A stretch of 55,965 nucleotides of DNA, the filler included, from Asterionella formosa (Eukaryota): the NCBI GenBank assembly GCA_002256025.1. It is 4 parts of 4 records of this genome, joined end to end, with 100 filler letters (N's around TTAATTAATTAA, not from the genome) between each part and the next. Parts side by side here need not be neighbours in the genome. Positions count along the whole stretch, not along the records: positions 1 to 13,923 come from NKIB01006303.1; positions 14,024 to 27,945 come from NKIB01006306.1; 2 more parts are not named here. The stretch is one strand, 5' to 3'. The translations under genes and the position numbers were made by a program. Of this stretch, positions 12,701 through 24,409 are shown piece by piece (position 1 is the stretch's first letter; each line of letters starts with the position of its first letter). The notes beneath the pieces were generated by a model. That model was given only the letters and a program-made list of their open reading frames with translations. It made no database searches and was not told where the DNA came from.

Positions 12701-13072
12701 ATCCACAATGCCAGCGATCATAACTTCGGGACCTACTTCGAGTAATCCCATTTTCTTGGCTTCCTTTTGAGCTGTCACCAAGGCGGCAATGCAGTCTTCT
12801 GACATGCGATCAAAGACCATGGACGTTGTGGTTGTGGCCCTTGATGTGCTTCGTCGATAGTAGCGATGAGAATGCTGCTTGGGAGCGAGAAACGAGCTGC
12901 TGCCAATGGAGTAATATGAGGAGCGTTTGATACAACTGCTGCAGCAGCTGCTACTGCTACTGCTACTCCAAGCATCAGCAGTGGGGCCTGACTGAAGCGC
13001 CACAATAGAAGCACATGCAAGGATGATGATTGCATGTCTCTTTCTCCGGTTCGTCAGCTCTGAGCTCTTCAT
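9776..13072 (-). CDS. clpC: Plastid-targeted Hsp100/Clp ATPase (ClpC/ClpA-like), 2 exons (13072-11219, 11134-9776), ~1070 aa
   Basis: Signal peptide ending TADA-W followed by a Ser-rich transit-like segment; Clp-N repeats; NBD1 GEPGVGKT and FIDEVH; NBD2 GPTGTGK|TE joined by an 84-bp GT-AG intron (11218-11135); [35 protein letters not shown]. Confidence 0.9.
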
Positions 13073-13160
13073 CGTTTAGCGATAGCTCTATATGACTTGA
13101 CAATACACTGAGCTCGATTGTGAACAATGAAGCAATTCACTCGAAGAAACACAAGGATCG

Positions 13161-13184
13161 GATCTGATCTGATCTGATCTGATC
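13161..13184. repeat. (GATCT)n microsatellite just upstream of the Clp start codon
   Basis: GATCT x4 followed by GATC. Confidence 0.8.
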
Positions 13185-13735
13185 AGTGAGTGAGTAATAA
13201 ACTCCTGATGATTTGATGAGGAACACGACGACGAAAGAATTTATAATTTATAATCTTTGTGTGCAGGTAAAGAAGTTCCCACATAAATCTACTGGAGTAT
13301 TCTTATGTAATATATATATACCGTAATATTTTTTTACATCAATCATTTATTGTGTATATTGTATGTACTCACATATCTACCGGCACTCTACTCGCATAGG
13401 CTCTAATATTATGGTAATTATAAATTATTTTATTTGCTTGAAGAATTCAGTGCAAGCATGTATCCTACATATCGCAGTAATAAAATTTCTTACATATATA
13501 GATAAAATCAATACCGGTATGTGTATCCGTGAAATATATGTAATAGAAAGCTGCATCAGCAACATCGAAGAAAAATGCTGCCACGACAGCAGCTGCTGCC
13601 GACTCACACTGCGACAGCCAAGCCATGTGGTGCTGAGCAGTGGTCTTCATATGATATATATATGTAAGATAGCATTCACGACATAACGTCACTTCCGGTC
13701 GTAGCTACATACCGGTATGCATACATGGTACCAGG

Positions 13736-13923
13736 TGAGCGATCTTGCGCATCAATACAGATGTATATAGGGTTAGTGTTATATCATGTATGTATAAGAA
13801 CTCAATAATGAGAGAACTCGACTAACCCTCATTGTATACTTTGGTGTCGACTTGGAGAACGAGTTACACACAAGGATTAACAAATAAGCTCATATATTCA
13901 ACAAATACTACTACTTCTAGTTA
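13736..13923 (+). mobile_element. Second copy of the Gypsy LTR (solo LTR or 5' end of another element), running into an assembly gap
   Basis: TGAGCGATCTTGCGCATCAATACAGATG...GCTCATATATTCAACAAATACTACTACTTCTAGTTA aligns with 2562-2726. Confidence 0.85.
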
Positions 13924-14023
13924 NNNNNNNNNNNNNNNNNNNNNNNNNNNNNNNNNNNNNNNNNNNNTTAATTAATTAANNNNNNNNNNNNNNNNNNNNN
14001 NNNNNNNNNNNNNNNNNNNNNNN
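13924..14023. other. Artificial scaffold linker (44 N + TTAATTAATTAA + 44 N)
   Basis: The same 100-bp construct occurs at 27946-28045 and 41958-42057; the 12-mer has stop codons in all six frames. Confidence 0.95.
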
Positions 14024-14786
14024 ATGTCCTTAGGGACAGAAGCTCTAAATGAAAGGCGCAAGGAGTATAGTGGAGGACCAGTAATCGAGGGACAACAATG
14101 CGATTCACCTTTTCTTCACTATTTTGTCCTCCAACGTGTAAAATAAATACGTATACTCAAGTTTCAAAAGTTGGCACTTTGCTTGGGTTCACCATCAGGT
14201 ACTCCCGATGTTGGTATAGATCTATATTTTTATGTTTGCAAATTACAAAGTCCACAGTGCATTCATCAACAGTTGACCGACCGTTCCAACATACTCTTTC
14301 TCGCATCATTGAGGTCAAGTGAAATGGTGGGTCCCTGAAGTTTGGATTATGAATACGAGATTTGATATAATATATATAATAATAAATAAACCTACATTTA
14401 TCATGATTTGTGCATAAATAAGATATGTACATCTACTACACTCTATATACTCCGTAGCATGTACTCCTACAGAAACGAGCAAGCAAGCAGATATCCGGGT
14501 GATGTATGTACATTAGCTCTTGCTTTTATCATCAAATGGGTGTTGGTCGTTTGTTGATTGCGTGGTGACGATGATGGCATTCGCCACATCCTCAAAACTT
14601 GCTGCCAAGACCAATGGATATAACGGTAGTACTTGGAGTATACCGGTACGTACGTGTGAAATACAAACCGGTATGATGTTCTGGTATTCAGTCTGCCCCT
14701 GTTGGCTGGTAGAAAGCAAACGAAAGGCTGTGCGTGCCGTGCGTAAATAAAATTCTGAATATGTACCATGTTTGAGCACGAATTAA

Positions 14787-16011
14787 GGTTGCTGCATTTG
14801 AACCCCTAGGCAAAAATTAAAATATTGCTTAGGGTTGCGAAAATGCCCTGGAATGAAGAATTTAATTAGCTATTTTTGAATGACGTGATTCCATTTGAAA
14901 TATTTAAATCAGTGGAAATTTGCGAATACGTACATAGATTCCTTGTCAAAATCGCTAAATTTATAAATAAACAGTCATGGTCGCTGAATGTATATATACG
15001 CTAAAAACTGTTAGGGTTAGGGCATGGACACTCTATTCTCCGATTAACGATTTTATATGCTATGCAATGAATCCGTTCGACATATTCAAATCGTTTAATA
15101 TATGTATATGCATTCAGGTTCTACATCGCTTCATGTGCATACACCAGTGCTACAATCTATATCCGATCGACGACTATGGGTCATGTATACGACCCGGCGG
15201 CTCGGCAAATATTTGAAAGTGCACTCAAGGAGCGGTACGCGTATGTCCAATGATGATCATCTACTGGTACCTGGTACCCTGGTATCCGTGGAGAATATAG
15301 AACCGGACTGTCAGTACACACAAGAAAATATTACATGTTTATACAATGTGGCCGGCGTGGGTTTGCAAGACCTCGCAAACCAGGCCAATCAAACAGAGGA
15401 ATGCAATTCACGTTCACCAATCATATTATAAATGTGGAAGCGGGCACTTACAATGGAATTTTTTGGACAGGAGATTTTAGAACTAAAAATTCCGGCACAC
15501 GACTACCATTCCGATGATGACGTTTTGGCACTTAATAATTCTGATTCCGATATTTGGGCGACAGTAGAAAAGGCCGATTTTGTCGAGTTTTTGGACGACG
15601 ATAGCTAATCGTTGGCTGTGTCTGACGGCGATTTAGATACATAGGTAACTTTCAAATAGCATCAGTATATAACTTCTGGCGAGAAACTGCAAAAAGGAAC
15701 TTCGGTTTTTTTACTATGCCAAATAAACAAATTTCCCCCGAATTTTCGAGTCTTTCTAGCATAGTTAAAAAACCGAAGTTCCTTTCTGCAGTTTCTGACC
15801 AGATCCTATATACTGACGATATATAGAGTGGACCTACACCCCTACTTTGTCCGAAGACTGTATGTAAGCATACGCAAAGGGTGTGTATTGGTGAAATTTC
15901 CGTTGAGCGTTATACATGTCTATTTTATACGTGAAAAGTACGTGTTTGATTAGTCTGACTGAATATTTTTTTTTAACCCTACCTCGAGCTAGGGGTTCAA
16001 ATGCAGCAACC
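14787..16011. mobile_element. Non-autonomous DNA transposon (1225 bp) with 23-bp TIRs and TTAA target duplication
   Basis: TTAA|GGTTGCTGCATTTGAACCCCTAG ... CTAGGGGTTCAAATGCAGCAACC|TTAA (perfect TIR). No transposase ORF. A second, shorter copy lies at 41368-41843. Confidence 0.9.
15662..15816. repeat. Long imperfect inverted repeat (~58-bp arms, 39-bp loop) inside the DNA transposon
   Basis: TCAGTATATA...AGAAACTGCAAAAAGGAACTTCGGTTTTTTTACTATGC (15662-15719) pairs with GCATAGTTAAAAAACCGAAGTTCCTTTCTGCAGTTTCT...TATATACTGA (15759-15816). Confidence 0.9.
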
Positions 16012-18757
16012 TTAATTAATACACTCTCTAAATCGTTTCTCCTTTGCTTGACAAGTATGAAGGCGAGTTAACGAAAGAATAACACAGTATCACAGTGCTT
16101 ATCACAGAATTTAGTGGTATTTCAAGCTACTGGGACCTCTGGGTCCAAATACTTAATAATTCCAAAAACGACCGATTTACCATGACGAAAGGTGCTATCC
16201 AGCAAGCAGCCAACCAAGAAGCAAAGAAAGAAAGAACAAATTATTCATGTGGGACAGAACCATAAGATAGTAATGAAATCCAATAGAAAGAGAATGCAGA
16301 ATGCTGAAGGCGGAGGAGGAGGTGAATAAGCAGACAAAGCTTAATGCAGGAGCAGCAACAATGAGAAATGGCAATTGCATGGATGTCCATTTGGCATTTG
16401 ACATAAATACTACAATTGAGGAATTCATGGCGATGATATCAACCCAACACAAACAGAAGAATAACCATGCAAAGACAAGAACAACAGCAAGAGGAAAGAA
16501 AAGAAGAATTGCAACCCCTTTTCATGACATTGAGCGATATTACAGTGCAAGAAGAAGAATACAAGAATGGCGATGTGCTAAACATTGACAAGAAAGACAA
16601 AGAAGACAGAGAAATAAAGAAGTCACCGATGAAGAAATTGCGCCAGAGCTAGATGTGCTGCTCAAAGAAAGAATTTCATGATGACAAAGAAGACAAGACA
16701 AGACAAAAACAATGAGTTGGAAGCCCTGGAATCACCAATTGTTATGGATACTTCAAATAGGACCACCAGAATTGGGGCCAAAATGGAAATCCTTAACCCA
16801 ATCTACACTCACCATCCCATTCTCCGGCTGACCTTAGAAGTGCATTCATAGAGAACTGAACCAAGTACAAAGCTACCACAACTTTTTAAAATTTACTTCC
16901 ACATGGGGAAGTGACTTCCACCCTAACCATTCCACTGCCCCACCTTACTATATGGGCCATAGAGAACAACAACAACAGCAACTCTAGAAATAGAATAGTG
17001 ATTTATATATAATTAATACTCTCTCCTCCCTCTATGATAGTACCAGTATACATTTTGGTTGTTACTCTGTATAATAGAGCTATGATGTGTTTAAACATGA
17101 TTATGGTACCTTTCTTGATTCACTCATTACCTTACACCTCAAACTACTATAAGCAAGCAAACATCGGTTTTAATAGTATACCGGTAGTTACAAGAGCCTT
17201 TAAAATAGAGAGTAGAATGGGTTGTTATGGTGTGCGGAAGTTGCTTCACAGAATAATGAAATGAAGAGAAGGGATCAATTCATTTCGATTTCATGACATT
17301 ATAAGCAACAGGTACTATGGTGGTAAGTCGCCCACATGAGACTGTACCCAAGTCACTAGCCCAACATCACAATTTCATAGATTTCCCAAACTTTGCCCTT
17401 TCATTGACATACCAAAAATGGCATACCAGTGATGTACACGAAATATTGAAAAGTTGAAACATTGGGACTTTAAACCCAACATTCGTCCATGCAATGATGG
17501 TTCACATCTAAACTTCCAAGCTTACCGGATTGTAGAGCTAATCTCAATATGATTCCTCGAACTTGGTATAATCTTATATAAAGTTATTGTTCTATTGTTT
17601 GCTTACTGATCATATATGAATGTTGTTCCACAAGTAAAACAAATTTGGTTGTCAAGTAGCAGATTCCATCCCTTCATGCCTCAACGCAAAAAATCGGTGG
17701 GCGATTAGGTGTTGTACGTGAATTTATGATTTCTGATCTTCTTTTTAATTGGTCGTGTAATTATGAATTGCGCGAATCATATACCCATTCACTAATCCTG
17801 ACTCGGTAGTTATCCACCGACTCAAGGAGGGGAGCCAAGGCGTCGTCCGAGACACGGGATAGTCTCTTCTTCGAATGCGTGATGTAGTAAGGGTAAACAG
17901 TGGATCGATTTTCCGTTGCAAAACAGCAAATGCGCTTCAATCCTCGTCTGCCATAATTCGTTTTTCGTTTCGTATACGTTCGAATTGGCTCCTTTAGTTC
18001 ATCGCGATAATGGACTGGGAAAGATCCCTTAGCGGCAACCGGAAAGGCACCTTTCTTTGCAATCATCACGTTTGCTGGCATCATGCTTTAATGTCCTTAA
18101 TTCGACATGCTTTCTGTGGGATTGATTATGAAGGTCAACATCAAAGTACCAGGTAGCAGAAAATCTTCCTATTGCACTTCTCCGACTACCGGGGTAGTTA
18201 GTTAGTAAGTACACTGATGGTGAGCAAATTGTGGCGAGGCCGATTATCGCTTTGTATCCTCCACGACCCCACCCCCATCACAAAAAGCCACGTAAAATGC
18301 TTGCATTTACTCATCCTCCCGCGTAGTACCGGTATAGCCGGTAGCATTACAGGTATACAAATACAGACCGGTAGATAACAATTAAAAAAAGACACATATA
18401 AATCTCTCGATTGACTAGTTCGAATGGAACAACAGAACCTGGTACTACACCCATATGTATATGAATGTAGTGACATCCTGGTCCTCTACCTAGCTAGTGC
18501 GTAACCACTGGTACATAAATTGGATTTTCGTTGTTGCTTGACACGCTTAAGATTTGGATATGACAGCAGGCAATTTCTCGCTTGCCGATCCGGTCCTACA
18601 GATTTCGCTTTTGTATCCATGGGTATACCTCGGGGTATGGGACAGCTTGGTGACCCTGTCGAAGCTGCTACTTCGCATATGGTAGACTACTTCAGAATCC
18701 AATGCCAGGTACAATATGGTAACTCTTGCTGCCCTTTTCTAGTCTTTTGGAGGCAGG

Positions 18758-19023
18758 TGCTGAAATTGTTTCCCGAAGCACTCTATGCTTTCTTGTATCC
18801 TGTAAGGACACGTCAGGGACCAAATAGGCTGTAGATATAACAACGATGTCTCCGTGATCGATTGTAATCGTTCCTAAGAGTTTTAATAGAATTATGGGTT
18901 TTTACTGTTGGCGTAGATTGTTTTCGAATTCTCTGGTACTATATTCTTTCTTGATTCATTCGATTCAATATGTAGTAGGTAATTCATACCGGGATTTTCT
19001 TTCCTAAAATATTTTCTCCAACA
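18758..19023 (-). repeat. Copia 3' LTR
   Basis: Near-identical to 24045-24310. Confidence 0.95.
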
Positions 19024-19045
19024 CACTCCTGCTGGACACGGATGC

Positions 19046-22000
19046 TCACTTTGAATTCATAATTTGCTGACGAAAATGAATAAATTTCGTTCCAACCAGT
19101 GGTTTCGTCATGTAGTCTGCTAACATTGCATCCGTTAGACAGTACTTAATCTGTACTTCCTTTCTTTCAATAAGATCAGTAATATAAAAATACTTGATGT
19201 TGAAATGTTGCATGCATTTTCCTGAACTTGCTTTTCCATTTGCTTCTAGCTTCATTGCGCTAGTGTTGTCACGGTAAATGACATTCGTAGTCACCTTGTG
19301 TCCATGTGCTTCAATGAATAATTTCGTCCACAACACCTTTGATATAATGTCATCGACACCAACCAATTCTGCTTCAGTCGAGCTTCTAGTGTTCACTTTC
19401 TGTTTCATGGACATAGAACAAATAATTCCGTTTCCAAGTGACGATGTGGCTCCAGTGTGACTTTTAAAATCTTTGTGTACTGCAAACGCCTCATCAACAT
19501 AGTACCATTTAATGCTCTGAGTGTCATCAGCACCCATAGATGCAACCTCGTTCTGAGTTGCTTTCAAGAAATTCATGATCTTGACTAATTTTGCCCAATC
19601 GCCTTTATTTGGTTCAGTAGTTCGGGTTGCCAGAAATGCAATTCCTGGTTGAATGTCCTTTTTTCCTCGCTTACATAGGAACATTCCTTTCATAACAAAA
19701 GTATGAAATATTTTTGCTTTTTCATATTCAAGCTTCTTTGATTTTGTATCAACTGCGAACAATTTATCTGTCCATGGAAATTTTTCAACTCCTTTAAGTT
19801 TGTCTGGAAAATCATCAATCATTGATTTCACATATTTGGTCATGTCCACCCAAAACACTCCTGGAAGAGAGTAATCTAATGTCATCGCCAAATAATCATG
19901 CTTCTTTCCACGCATGACCTTGACTTCACCAATTTCGTCAGAAGCGTATTTCTTTTTGAGCCATTCCAAAAATTAATCATTCACTTTCCTGTCCACGTGA
20001 ATTGATTTCAAGTCATCTATGTGCCAAGTAACTGTGTCCTGTTTACCATTAACAATGCGATTTGCAACGCATGGATCATATGGATTGACCTTGAATCCAA
20101 TTGACTCAATATCCTTCCGAAATTTCTTGTAATATAATAATGATGACTGTAACATGCCATATAATGCCTTGATCATCCTAACATATAGGACCTTGTTGTT
20201 TCCTTCATAAACAACATATTTTTCATAAGTCTCGGGGCTGAGTTTTGTCAACATAGTGACAAGCAAACCTCTAATCTTCATAATGATTCGTTCCCCTTTT
20301 TCTTTCTCATCGATATCCACTTGCACAAATGCATTGGGTATATCTGCAGTCATGACATCGCGATTTTGCTTCGCATCAATTGTTGCTGTTATCATAACAG
20401 ATTCAGTCATGGTAGTTGGACTAGCTGCTTCATCTCTTTCCATGTATTCACGCTGCGAACTGCCATTGGCGCATGCTCTGCCTTTAATGCTCTTGTCTCT
20501 CTTTTCAACCAAAAAAATTAGACTTTCCATTGCACGTCGCTTTTCGATATCGGTTAGGTCTTCAATCCTAATTGGTTCAAATACAACTCTATCATGAAGT
20601 TGTTTCATTTCTTTATGAGCAGCATCTCTTCCTTTCTGGCCGAATTTCTTGAGGCCTTTCCTTAAGCTGTATGACTGAACAAAGTGAAATGCTTCTTTAT
20701 CGATACACATCTCATTCATATAACACATTGTCTTTGCGATCACTTTCGCATTATCAGTCGTGTATTCTTCTTGACAGTGTGCTTGGGTATGCAAATGATT
20801 TTGGACCATAGTTAATTTTGACGGTGGTCTTGAGACTCTTCCAGACCTTGTAGTTCTAACATTTGGATCTGAGTCATCCTGAGTGCTTGGATTGACTTCT
20901 AACAATGCCTCTTCATTTTCAGTTTCATTTTCTGGCTCTTCATCCTCATCTTGGAATTCATCTACATCCATTTCAATATTGTTCTCATTGTTGCCCTCTT
21001 CAGGTTCATGGTCATCCTCTTGAGTATTGTTGTTTAATTCAAGCTGTTCTGCTTCATATATTTCATCTGGAGTCATTTCATCATAGTCTTCTTCTCCAAG
21101 AATTTCATCATTGCTTTCGTTTTCATCTTCATAATCTTCATCTTGTGCATCTTCAAATGCTTCATTATCATAATCCACTCCTGCAATCCAAGCACTATCA
21201 TAAAATAGTTGTCCTGTTCGATTTGATATCTTGAGACCATCTGGCATATTTTCCTGCACAGCAAGGGCGTGTACTTGATTCATGATTGCTGGGGTAAGTG
21301 GTAGAGGAGTAATTGTTCGTCTAGTGATCAATGAATTTGTAGGTAGGTGTAACAATTCATGACCTCCTTGCACGTCGTCATTGTAGCGTAGATAAATTCA
21401 ATCTAGGCTGCGTGGTGCATTGGTGTTTGAAAACACAGGTTCTTCATGTGCTTGGACATAAGTGCCAAATGTATACTGGCAATGTCGAGTATAGTCCAGG
21501 TTTTGTTGATGTAAAATCATACAAGGACTGTAGTACGGGGATATCCCATTCTTTGCCGGAAAGAAATTCAGTTTCTTTCCAGATTCTGTCACTAGAATCT
21601 TAATCATCAGTCGTGGCAAATGTTTGAAAGGTAATCGATGATATGCTGCGCGCACGCGTTCTTTAATCACTCGATTATTTCGCTCCGCTTCGGGAACATG
21701 TTCTTGTGGGTTTGCGTAGTTCATAGTGACTTGAAATTCATTGGAAATTTGTTCCATCAAAGGTCGAAACTCATTGTCACAGTGGAATATTGTAATTTTA
21801 AATCCTCCAGTATTATAAACACGAAATACTTGAATCAAAGCATCTCGATAGACTTCAGCTGTCTGATTCTTGACCCATTGCGCTGTCCTATACATAATGT
21901 TTCGAGAAATTGTTGTGAGAAATGATTGTCCATTGACTTTCATTCCATCCATGCAAAGAGTCACTTCGCGTTGAGCTTGGATAAGCTCCTTAGGAATCTC

Positions 22001-23911
22001 GATGTAGTCGTTCACGACTGGCAGCGGCTTGCGACGAGTTGTCTTGCCTTTTAGTGTTCCGATGTCAGGTCCAAAAATTTTCTCTGCAATTTTGATATCA
22101 TCGGTAGTCACTGGATTATTGTTGATCGTATTCATACGAATTATTGCCTTGAAATCATTAATTGATGGTGTACCCAAGGCATGGAATAGATCACGAGCTC
22201 GCTTAGCTCTCTGAAATTGACGTTCAGTGTAAAATGTTTTGTTTTCTTCAAGTGTATTTAACATTTGAGCATTCTCCGCTCTAATTCTTGTAGTTGGCTC
22301 GAAAACATATAAGTTCATCCCAATTCTTTCAAATCGAACTGTTTTGTCAGGCAAATGAACAATGAATGCATCTTCTTTCTCAGAGTCGTAGGTAATTCTG
22401 TACCTTTCTGCCATTTCGGCATAACTGAAGATGTTTGTGATAGCCTTTTCATTAAACCATACTTCTCCCCATTCTGGAAGATCAGCCTTCATATTAGTTA
22501 CCATGGATCCACCATTTGTGGCCAGGTGCATGCTTCTGTTGGTTGACATTCGAATGTTATTAACCATTTTTGGATTGCAAAAGACTGTGACACTTGATTG
22601 ATTATCCAATAGTATCCAGTCACCCATCTCAGATGCTTGGTAAAATTGTAGTTTCATATGAGCTCCCATCCATCCAAATTGATTGGCATTTGCTTGTTGT
22701 GAAGCTTGTGATGACGGCGGGTTGTTGGAATTAACAGAGGTAACTGTACTTGTGTCAGATGTATTAGCCTGTGCCTGTGCATGGCTTTGGGCCTTGTTAA
22801 TTGCCCATTCCTCTTTGGGTTTATTTTTGTCTCGACACGAAGGAGATTTGTGACCTGCTTTTCCGCAGCAGTAACATTTTCCTTCTAACTGTGCAAACGA
22901 TAAGTTCACATCTTCGTCTTCCTTGCCTGCATCCTTTTGTTTCCTCTCTTTATCATTATCTCCTGGTTTCTTGTAGGCAGATTTATTTGTTACGTCAAAC
23001 CGATGGTTGCTGAGAACATTATTTGATTCGGTGATGGTCTTTGGGTATTGATCGTTACCGAGTGACTGTTGAGTGTTCAGCCCGGTCATAATTGAACCGT
23101 ATTTACCTTTATCGGCATTATCGAGATATAAATATGCCATAAATTGACTGAAAGCTTGTTAGCGAAATTTATCTCGTTGCTTGATGTCGTTCTCATTGTA
23201 TCCTTCCATGGCTTCAACGAACTTGGTGAGGATAATGGGTCCTCCCATGTGTGACTTGAGCACATCTCGTGCCACACGAAATCTCTTGGTGTAGTCTTGT
23301 AGACTTTCTCCTTCTTTTTGCTTTGTGAATAAAAGCGTTCTCAACGCATCTAAAATGATCGACATTGAATATCGATTCTCTTGAAAATTTAGTGCGTGTT
23401 CTTTAATTGCCATAAGCAATGTTATTGGGTTATTTTCGATCCTATTGTAATCGGATCTTGCTTCAATCTTGTTCTTCATGGCTTTGTTGCATCTTTCCCA
23501 GAGCAACGCATATGCCTTGGTATTATTATTTTCGTAGGCCTGTACCCTTTTACTGTAGTTGTCATAATCAGCCTTAAACTCGATCTCAAATTGTCGATTC
23601 TCTGCAGCGCGATCTTCTTCTGTTGTTGCAATGCTCACTTGCATTCTTGGCTTCCATGCCGATGTGTTGATTGGTTCTAATGACTTGAGTGCGCTTCCAA
23701 TGTCGCTGCCATAATCAAACACTTTCTTGATATGATTGATGAGGTACTCAGTAGTAGTCTCATAGTCAGATGCCTGCTTCGATGATCCAAGGTAGTAGTT
23801 ATAGTCATTGACTGACTTCTTGATGGAGTGAGAAGCAATATTGCTCCCTCCCTTGGCTTGAAACTTGCCCTTGGCTTGAGCCTTCTTGGTAAACTTTCCT
23901 TTGCCACTCAT
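19046..23911 (-). pseudogene. Copia gag-pol polyprotein, one frame of 1622 codons interrupted by three in-frame stops
   Basis: The four listed ORFs share one frame and are separated only by TAA (23161-23159), TGA (21400-21398) and TAA (19975-19973). Motifs: CYCCGKAGHKSPSC; ILLDNQS; CMDG, HCDNEF, EAERNNRVIKE; ADIPNAF, WHIDDL; SSTEAE, DNTSA, ADYMTK. Confidence 0.92.
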
Positions 23912-24029
23912 GATGCGCCCTGTGCGACTTCTTCAGACTCTGGATGGTCTGGTACCCTCAGATCTTGTCTCCGGACTCTCAATTGTCCGCTTGTTGTTGA
24001 TTGTGGTATCACGGCTCTTCCTGGCCGGC

Positions 24030-24044
24030 TAATTCTATTAAAAC
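24030..24044 (-). promoter_or_regulatory. Putative non-tRNA (self-priming) primer-binding site of the Copia element
   Basis: The element strand reads GTTTTAATAGAATTA immediately after the 5' LTR, with no TGG. It is perfectly complementary to the LTR-internal element-strand segment at 24181-24167. Confidence 0.7.
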
Positions 24045-24310
24045 TGTTGAAATTGCGTCCCGAAGCACTCTATGCTTTCTTGTATCCTGTAAGGACACGT
24101 CAGGGACCAAATAGGCTGTAGATATAACAACGATGTCTCCGTGATCGATTGTAATCGTTCCTAAGAGTTTTAATAGAATTATGGGTTTTTACTGTTGGCG
24201 TAGATTGTTTTCGAATTCTCTGGTACCATATTCTTTCTTGATTCATTCGATTCAATATGTAGTAGGTAATTTATACCGGGATTTTCTTTCCTAAAATATT
24301 TTCTCCAACA
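24045..24310 (-). repeat. Copia 5' LTR
   Basis: Near-identical to 18758-19023. Confidence 0.95.
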
Positions 24311-24409
24311 GAATGAGAGAGTGAATTTGGAACTTGCACGTTGAATTCATCGAGAGATTGTATAAACTCAAGTTTTCAAACACGACCACAAAGAAAAAGG
24401 CGTTTCATC

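Larger units (their letters stand above)
18758..24310 (-). mobile_element. Full-length Ty1/Copia LTR retrotransposon of the diatom CoDi type
   Basis: 266-bp LTRs at 24045-24310 and 18758-19023, TG...CA, with 5 mismatches counted by eye. Purine-rich CAGGAGTG abuts the 3' LTR on the minus strand. Domain order gag-PR-INT-RT-RH. Confidence 0.95.

Noticed and set aside
9804..12770. Multiple plus-strand ORFs overlapping clpC, and similar antisense ORFs over the bZIP, channel and eRF1 genes
   Set aside because: Antisense shadows of real coding sequence, with no independent motifs.
13968..13979. TTAATTAATTAA palindrome recurring three times
   Set aside because: Always centred in a 100-bp N block; an artificial all-frame-stop scaffolding linker. 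Adjacency across these gaps is also not guaranteed.
16150..18480. Short Lys/Glu-rich and other ORFs
   Set aside because: Fragmentary and low-complexity with no identifiable family; cannot be supported as genes.
18520..18834. ORFs 18520-18834 and 23828-24121 sharing the C-terminus PEALYAFLYPVRTRQGPNRL
   Set aside because: Both simply read into the two identical Copia LTRs on the antisense strand; they are not paralogous genes.
19046..23911. Stop-codon reassignment suggested by in-frame stops in the Copia ORF plus a nearby eRF1
   Set aside because: Host genes here end in TAA, TAG and TGA and have no internal stops. eRF1 has canonical TASNIKS and YxCxxxF motifs.
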